Origin: Promethearchaeota archaeon | GTDB lineage: Archaea > Asgardarchaeota > Lokiarchaeia > Sigyniarchaeales > SOKP01 | DNA length: 64,000 nt | Direction of reading: 5' to 3' | Assembly: GCA_048940645.1 (NCBI GenBank) | Contig: JBHLOI010000011.1 | Location: 1-64,000 of the forward strand | Shown here: piece after piece, positions 59,653 through 64,000 of the stretch | How the letters are laid out: the number at the start of each line of letters is the position of its first letter | How positions within the stretch are numbered: the stretch's first letter is position 1 | Notes under the pieces: generated by a model | What the model was told of the DNA's origin: nothing | What the model saw: only the letters and a program-made list of their open reading frames with translations | The model's database searches: none | Position numbers and translations under genes: made by a program

Positions 59653-59802
59653 ATGCCAGGTCTCCACGAATTTGATGAATATGTTTTATATAGTTGGCGT
59701 AATGAACAAATTAAAGAGCAAATTAAAAAAAATAAACATGTTAAGCGTATTCGTAATAAAAAAAAAAAAACGAATAAAAAATTAGAGATCGGATATTCCT
59801 AG
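59653..59802 (+). CDS. Unannotated 49-aa basic protein MPGLHEFDEYVLYSWRNEQIKEQIKKNKHVKRIRNKKKKTNKKLEIGYS
   Basis: GAGGT SD; variant motif TTTTTGTTTAAATA at 59587-59600; the C-terminus depends on a 13-A run. Confidence 0.5.
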   Translation: MPGLHEFDEYVLYSWRNEQIKEQIKKNKHVKRIRNKKKKTNKKLEIGYS

Positions 59803-59918
59803 TTTTTTTAGAAAAAGAGTGCTATTTGCTTTACCAAAAATTTTTTTACGATATTCTTTTCATATTATAATATTTTTTAAGAAGAATTAGAATGGATGTT
59901 CTTAAAGAAAAAGAATAA

Positions 59919-59932
59919 TTTTTCTTTAAATA
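59919..59932 (+). promoter_or_regulatory. Regulon promoter TTTTTC-TTTAAATA
   Basis: TATA starts 29 nt before ATG 59954. Confidence 0.82.
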
Positions 59933-59953
59933 TTTTTAGTAACATTTTTTCTC

Positions 59954-60049
59954 ATGAAAGAAGATCTAATGGATATTATTGGATTAATCGCAGCATTTGG
60001 TGTATTGTTAGGATTAGGAATATGGTTTAGTCTTCTGGTATTTCTTTAG
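59954..60049 (+). CDS. Unannotated 31-aa single-TM peptide MKEDLMDIIGLIAAFGVLLGLGIWFSLLVFL
   Basis: ATG at the 29-nt spacing from the regulon promoter; one clean TM helix. Confidence 0.6.
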   Translation: MKEDLMDIIGLIAAFGVLLGLGIWFSLLVFL

Positions 60050-60161
60050 GATGATATAAAATATGGGTATTTTAATAAATTTCCCAATACTTTTCACGTA
60101 AACCCTTTCTTTTATAAATCCTAATTTTCTGTAAAGAATTTTATTTCGTTAAACCAGATAT

Positions 60162-60175
60162 TTTTTCTTTTAATA
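60162..60175 (+). promoter_or_regulatory. Regulon promoter TTTTTC-TTTTAATA
   Basis: Starts 29 nt before ATG 60197. Confidence 0.82.
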
Positions 60176-60196
60176 TATAGTATTTCTATTTACATT

Positions 60197-61297
60197 ATGG
60201 GAGTAAAATTACATAATCTTATTATCCGCAAAAAATTGGATTTTTCTGATTTAGCAGGAACCATTATTGCAATCGATGCTCCCAACATTATAATGAGTTT
60301 ATTTAATTTTGTCCGTAAAAATTCAGATGGTAGTCCTGCTGGTTTAATTTTAGATCGAACCCAACGTCCAATTTCTCATTTATATGGTCTTTTATATCGA
60401 ATTAACTTCTATTATAGTAAGAAGATTTTTCCTCTATTCTGCTTCGATGGAAAAGTATCTGAATTAAAGAAACTCATAACTAAAGACCAGTTAAACGATT
60501 ATCTATTTACTCAGAAATGGTACCAATCTGCCTTGAGGTCTGGCAATAATGAATTAGCAAGAAAAATCGCATTAAGTAAAGAGTATTTATGGCAAAACAT
60601 TATTCAAGAATCAAAACAACTCCTTAATAATCTTGGAGTACCGTATTTCGATTCTCCGGCCTCAGCAGAGTCACAATGTGCCCAGTTAGTAAGAGATAAG
60701 ATTGCTCATTATTCCAATTCCCAGGATTTTGATTCTTTAGTATTTGGGTGTCCCCACTTAGTTCAGAACATTTCAAAGTCATTACGAAGAAAAGTCCACG
60801 GAAAATGGACGTATCAGAAAATTATTCCCTATAAAATTAATTTAAAAGAGAATTTACACTCCTTAGGAATTGATCAGTTTCAGTTAGTTGATATGGTCAT
60901 CTTGATGGGATGTGATTATTTTCCTGGTGTCAGAGGAATCGGTCCAAAAAAAGCCCTTAATTTGATAAAAAAATTCCATTCTTTAGAAAAGGTAATATTT
61001 CAAGAAAAAAAAAGATATAATTTCAAAGCGCTTACTTCAGATTTAATTATTAAAATTCGAAAACTATTTTTACTTCCAGATGTGTTATCTTCATATTCTG
61101 AGATCACTTGGAACATACCAAATGTACCCCTGGTTAAATCCTTTTTATGTGAGCAGCATTTCTTAAATAAAGAGCGAGTGCAAAACAATCTCAAGAAATT
61201 CTTACGGAATTTTGAGAAGTGTAGAGAATTTTTTGTCACTCAAAAAGATAAGCCTCGTATTATTCAAAAAACATTAAATCAATACTCCTTAATTTAA
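60197..61297 (+). CDS. fen: Flap endonuclease FEN1/XPG-family paralogue
   Basis: MGVKL, IAIDA, SHLYGLLYR, FDG, SQDFDSL, GCDYFPGVRGIGPKKA, C-terminal PIP-like QKTLNQY. Confidence 0.88.
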   Translation: MGVKLHNLIIRKKLDFSDLAGTIIAIDAPNIIMSLFNFVRKNSDGSPAGLILDRTQRPISHLYGLLYRINFYYSKKIFPLFCFDGKVSELKKLITKDQLNDYLFTQKWYQSALRSGNNELARKIALSKEYLWQNIIQESKQLLNNLGVPYFDSPASAESQCAQLVRDKIAHYSNSQDFDSLVFGCPHLVQNISKSLRRKVHGKWTYQKIIPYKINLKENLHSLGIDQFQLVDMVILMGCDYFPGVRGIGPKKALNLIKKFHSLEKVIFQEKKRYNFKALTSDLIIKIRKLFLLPDVLSSYSEITWNIPNVPLVKSFLCEQHFLNKERVQNNLKKFLRNFEKCREFFVTQKDKPRIIQKTLNQYSLI

Positions 61298-61301
61298 CCA
61301 A

Positions 61302-61315
61302 TTTTCCTTTATAAA
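61302..61315 (+). promoter_or_regulatory. Regulon promoter TTTTCC-TTTATAAA
   Basis: TATA starts 62 nt before ATG 61370. Confidence 0.72.
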
Positions 61316-61369
61316 TAACCATTTTATGGAATTGGTAAACAATTCTTTTCCATTCCATATTGATGAGTT

Positions 61370-61966
61370 ATGGCAGATACTATCGCAAAAAAGTTAATGC
61401 CCACTAGTGTTTTAGTAAAAATTCTTCTTGATTTTTCCTCAAAATCTACGGTATTGAATTACCTATTCCGGAAAAAAAGTTTCGTTGATTCCCATGAAAA
61501 TATCTTAGTTCTTTCCGATTTCACTATTAATAAAATTTCCCAAGAAGTAAATGTTCCTTTTGATACAACCGAAGGAATTATTATCCAATGTTTACTTAAT
61601 ATGTTTTACTTTAAACGTGCCTTAAATTGTGTTAGATTCATATGGAACAATGATATGGAAAAACTCAGGCGGAGATTAAGGGTATATTTATATAAAGCAC
61701 ATCGAATTGCTCCTGTGTTTGATTATAAACGAGCCAGGACAAATAGTGAAACTCTCATTACATTAATGAAGAGGAGTTGCTATTTCCCGCGATTCACTAC
61801 TCAGCTTGCTTTAGTAATATATGTAACTGATGCGAATAACCAGCATAAAATCTTTGATACGCCCATTCTCCAGCGGAATCTACGAGCTTTTTGCGATTGT
61901 TCTGCATTTGCCTTTCATCGAGCAAGAAATAAGTTGAGAATAAATAATCAAGGTAAAACTTATTAG
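61370..61966 (+). CDS. Hypothetical protein with TFB C-terminal cyclin/HTH-like end
   Basis: TTQLALVIYV..ILQRNLRAFCDCSAFAFHRARNKL resembles TFB repeat 2 by eye. Confidence 0.5.
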   Translation: MADTIAKKLMPTSVLVKILLDFSSKSTVLNYLFRKKSFVDSHENILVLSDFTINKISQEVNVPFDTTEGIIIQCLLNMFYFKRALNCVRFIWNNDMEKLRRRLRVYLYKAHRIAPVFDYKRARTNSETLITLMKRSCYFPRFTTQLALVIYVTDANNQHKIFDTPILQRNLRAFCDCSAFAFHRARNKLRINNQGKTY

Positions 61967-62091
61967 ATTTTTTCTGTGCTAATGGACAACTGCTTTAAAA
62001 ACATAAAAAACATATTTATTACCAAAATTGTTATATTTTGAATTTCCTTATTTTTTTATTGATAAAATAAGACAAAAAAGAGGAATCTGAG

Positions 62092-62496
62092 TTGAAGGAT
62101 AAAATTAAGCTTACATTGCCATTAGTTACTTTAAAAATATTAAATAGTCTTTGTATTCTGTTCAGTGCATTTATATTGATAAGTACTTTAAGAGCTTTGT
62201 ATTTTCTCACTGCTGATCCTCCAGATTTACCCTGCCTTATGTGTGAGGGATGCCCCTGTCCACCTAGTGATTTTGTTATAGCCAGAAATTATTATCTTAA
62301 TTTCTTGTTCCCAACGTTGATTTTCTCAAATATAATATTGATTGCTCTTTGTATCATTTTAATTTCAATTTTGAAATTTAAATATAGCTTCCTCAAATTA
62401 ACTCTTTTTATAAAAAAGTATGGAAAAAGTGAGGATTTATTCAAAGCATATAAATCTACAATCCAATCTAATGATTTTAACCTTAAATATAGATGA
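62092..62496 (+). CDS. Two-TM membrane protein with Cys/Pro-rich loop
   Basis: PPDLPCLMCEGCPCPPS between two TMs. Confidence 0.55.
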   Translation: MKDKIKLTLPLVTLKILNSLCILFSAFILISTLRALYFLTADPPDLPCLMCEGCPCPPSDFVIARNYYLNFLFPTLIFSNIILIALCIILISILKFKYSFLKLTLFIKKYGKSEDLFKAYKSTIQSNDFNLKYR

Positions 62497-62535
62497 TTTA
62501 AGAATAATTATTCTTAGAAGTGTTTATTTAGAGTA

Positions 62536-63864
62536 TTACTTTTTCATATTTTTTAATTTTAATTTTCTCGATTTTAAAAAATTTTGAAATTCAAAATCAC
62601 TTATTTTATCTGCTTCGAGGGCTCCCGTACTTTCTAGATACTTTTTAAAATCTTTAATAAGAGAGATAACTTCTTCTTGTTTAAAATTTTCTTTAAAAAT
62701 GAAATTATTTCGCTCTAAAATAAATTCAGAATACCACCAATAAAATATGACAGTTATAAGTATAATTAGGAAATTGTTTACTAAACTAATCTGACTTTGA
62801 CTAGCATAAGTTCCTGAGATTGAACCAGCTCCAATAATCATAATGATTTGCCCTTCAAAATATAAAATTGTGAATGCAAAAAGGAAAAATGATAAATTAT
62901 TGGGAGTAAATATCTTAAATCTGAAAAGTTTACCTCCTAAACCCTTTAAGACCAAAATTGCTGTTAAAATCATTAAAAGAATGTCAATAACTACTCTGAA
63001 AAAATCGAATCCATGGATTTCTGTTACTCTTCTAAACGACCAAATGAAACTAAACGATCTATACCATAAGTAAAGCCATATAAATATGTAAAATAATGAA
63101 GAAAAAACGTTTGGCGTTTCATTTTTAATGCTTTTAATAAATAAGTTAATTACTTTATAAGAGGTTATGATTATGATAATATACATTGCTATATTCCATC
63201 CATTAAACCAATAAATTGGTTCTAATGAATCTCCTGGACTTTGAATTTCAAAATAATTTAATAATCCAAAATAAGTACTTAATTGGAACACAATTGGTAA
63301 TATTAATCCAATAGTTAAGAATACGTAACTGTATATTCTACTAATATTGGACTCTCTATTTCTAGTTATTAATATATCATTAGCTTTATTCGAAATGCTA
63401 ACCATAATTTTTCTAATAAAGAAAATCTGGATCAAATTCCACCCAAAATAAATAATAACACATGAATATGGTAGTATTATATCCCAACCTAAAAACTGAA
63501 CTGGTATTTGTGAAGAGGAGCCAAAGAAGAAATAGATTAATATTAAAATTAAGCAAATTCCAAAAGTAATCATTAGGATTGTAAGCTTTTTTATGGTATG
63601 TTTTCTTTCTTTTGAGAATATTTGAGCCTCCATTTGAGGGATCATACTAATAAACATTAAGATTAAATAAGTAAGAGTAAAGGAAATGGTTACAATCAAG
63701 ACAATATTACCGATATCCTCTTTTGGATAAAGGCTAAGAACAGTAATTACAATTATAATTAAAAAAAATAAAATCGTATAAATAATATGACTATGTTCAA
63801 ATAATCTGTGAAATCTTGTTTTAATAGTTTCTTTATCCTTTATAGTATTAATATTTTCATTCAT
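62536..63864 (-). CDS. Hypothetical multi-TM membrane protein
   Basis: About ten hydrophobic helices. Confidence 0.7.
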   Translation of the reverse strand: MNENINTIKDKETIKTRFHRLFEHSHIIYTILFFLIIIVITVLSLYPKEDIGNIVLIVTISFTLTYLILMFISMIPQMEAQIFSKERKHTIKKLTILMITFGICLILILIYFFFGSSSQIPVQFLGWDIILPYSCVIIYFGWNLIQIFFIRKIMVSISNKANDILITRNRESNISRIYSYVFLTIGLILPIVFQLSTYFGLLNYFEIQSPGDSLEPIYWFNGWNIAMYIIIIITSYKVINLFIKSIKNETPNVFSSLFYIFIWLYLWYRSFSFIWSFRRVTEIHGFDFFRVVIDILLMILTAILVLKGLGGKLFRFKIFTPNNLSFFLFAFTILYFEGQIIMIIGAGSISGTYASQSQISLVNNFLIILITVIFYWWYSEFILERNNFIFKENFKQEEVISLIKDFKKYLESTGALEADKISDFEFQNFLKSRKLKLKNMKK

Positions 63865-63909
63865 AGCTCTAATAGTTAAATTATTTCGATAATATTATTT
63901 CTAACTCAT

Positions 63910-63923
63910 TTTTTCTTTAAAAA
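63910..63923 (+). promoter_or_regulatory. Regulon promoter TTTTTC-TTTAAAAA
   Basis: TATA starts 61 nt before ATG 63977. Confidence 0.68.
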
Positions 63924-63976
63924 TATTTATTATAATTTTAACTTATCTGTCTATTTATTAATATAAAGAGTTGATT

Positions 63977-64000
63977 ATGAGTTCATACATGGAAGAGATA
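63977..64000 (+). CDS. 5' end of a gene running off the window (MSSYMEEI...)
   Basis: GAGTTGAT SD-like sequence before ATG; regulon promoter upstream. Confidence 0.5.

Noticed and set aside
28238-63923. Reading the motif as oligo-T terminators
   Set aside because: Many copies sit between divergent genes, point toward the downstream start and keep a fixed 29-31 nt spacing
28200-64000. Reading the block as a provirus or integrative conjugative element
   Set aside because: No integrase, relaxase, primase, capsid or att/tRNA boundary recognised; not fully excluded because the block runs off the window
1-64000. CRISPR arrays, rRNA, tRNA, IS elements
   Set aside because: No regularly spaced repeats, GC-rich structural RNA segments or transposase ORFs seen by eye; a covariance-model scan was not possible

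Overview
AT-rich archaeal DNA, most likely Asgard archaea (Lokiarchaeia). This is inferred from a Rab-like GTPase, TPR proteins with C-terminal Cys-rich tails, a Loki-CTERM-like anchor, and archaeal TFB/RadA/FEN1/Hef/Hel308 families. The window has two halves. (1) 1-28.1 kb is amino-acid catabolism: a lysine fermentation cluster (kat-like aminotransferase, kce, kdd, kamA, kamB, kamD, kamE) interrupted by a beta-helix gene flanked by a 79-bp direct repeat and by a tandemly duplicated TPR gene. It continues with an ABC exporter and two GbsR/MarR-like regulators, AOR, a small GTPase, ornithine aminotransferase, an Ntn-hydrolase and carbamate kinase. Promoters I could read there look like ordinary purine-rich BRE + TATA. 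(2) 28.2-64 kb looks like one co-regulated programme. At least 19 transcription units start with the same non-canonical promoter TTTT(T/C)C-TTT(A/T)(A/T)A..., a pyrimidine-rich element in the BRE position directly before a TATA box; in seven cases the TATA box starts 29-31 nt before the ATG. This block encodes a divergent TFB paralogue with an altered BRE-recognition helix and a second TFB-C-like protein. It also encodes variant recombination/repair enzymes (RadA with an extra HhH domain, RadB-like, Hel308 with a SWIM insertion, Hef with a degenerate nuclease, variant FEN1), a membrane-anchored HhH protein, a membrane-bound and apparently inactive VirB4/HerA-fold protein, a pilin-like hairpin protein, an M50 peptidase and envelope-type enzymes. 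My best interpretation (inference) is an alternative-TFB regulon for DNA uptake/exchange and recombination, i.e. a competence/mating-like programme. No rRNA, tRNA, CRISPR, transposase or integrase was recognised.
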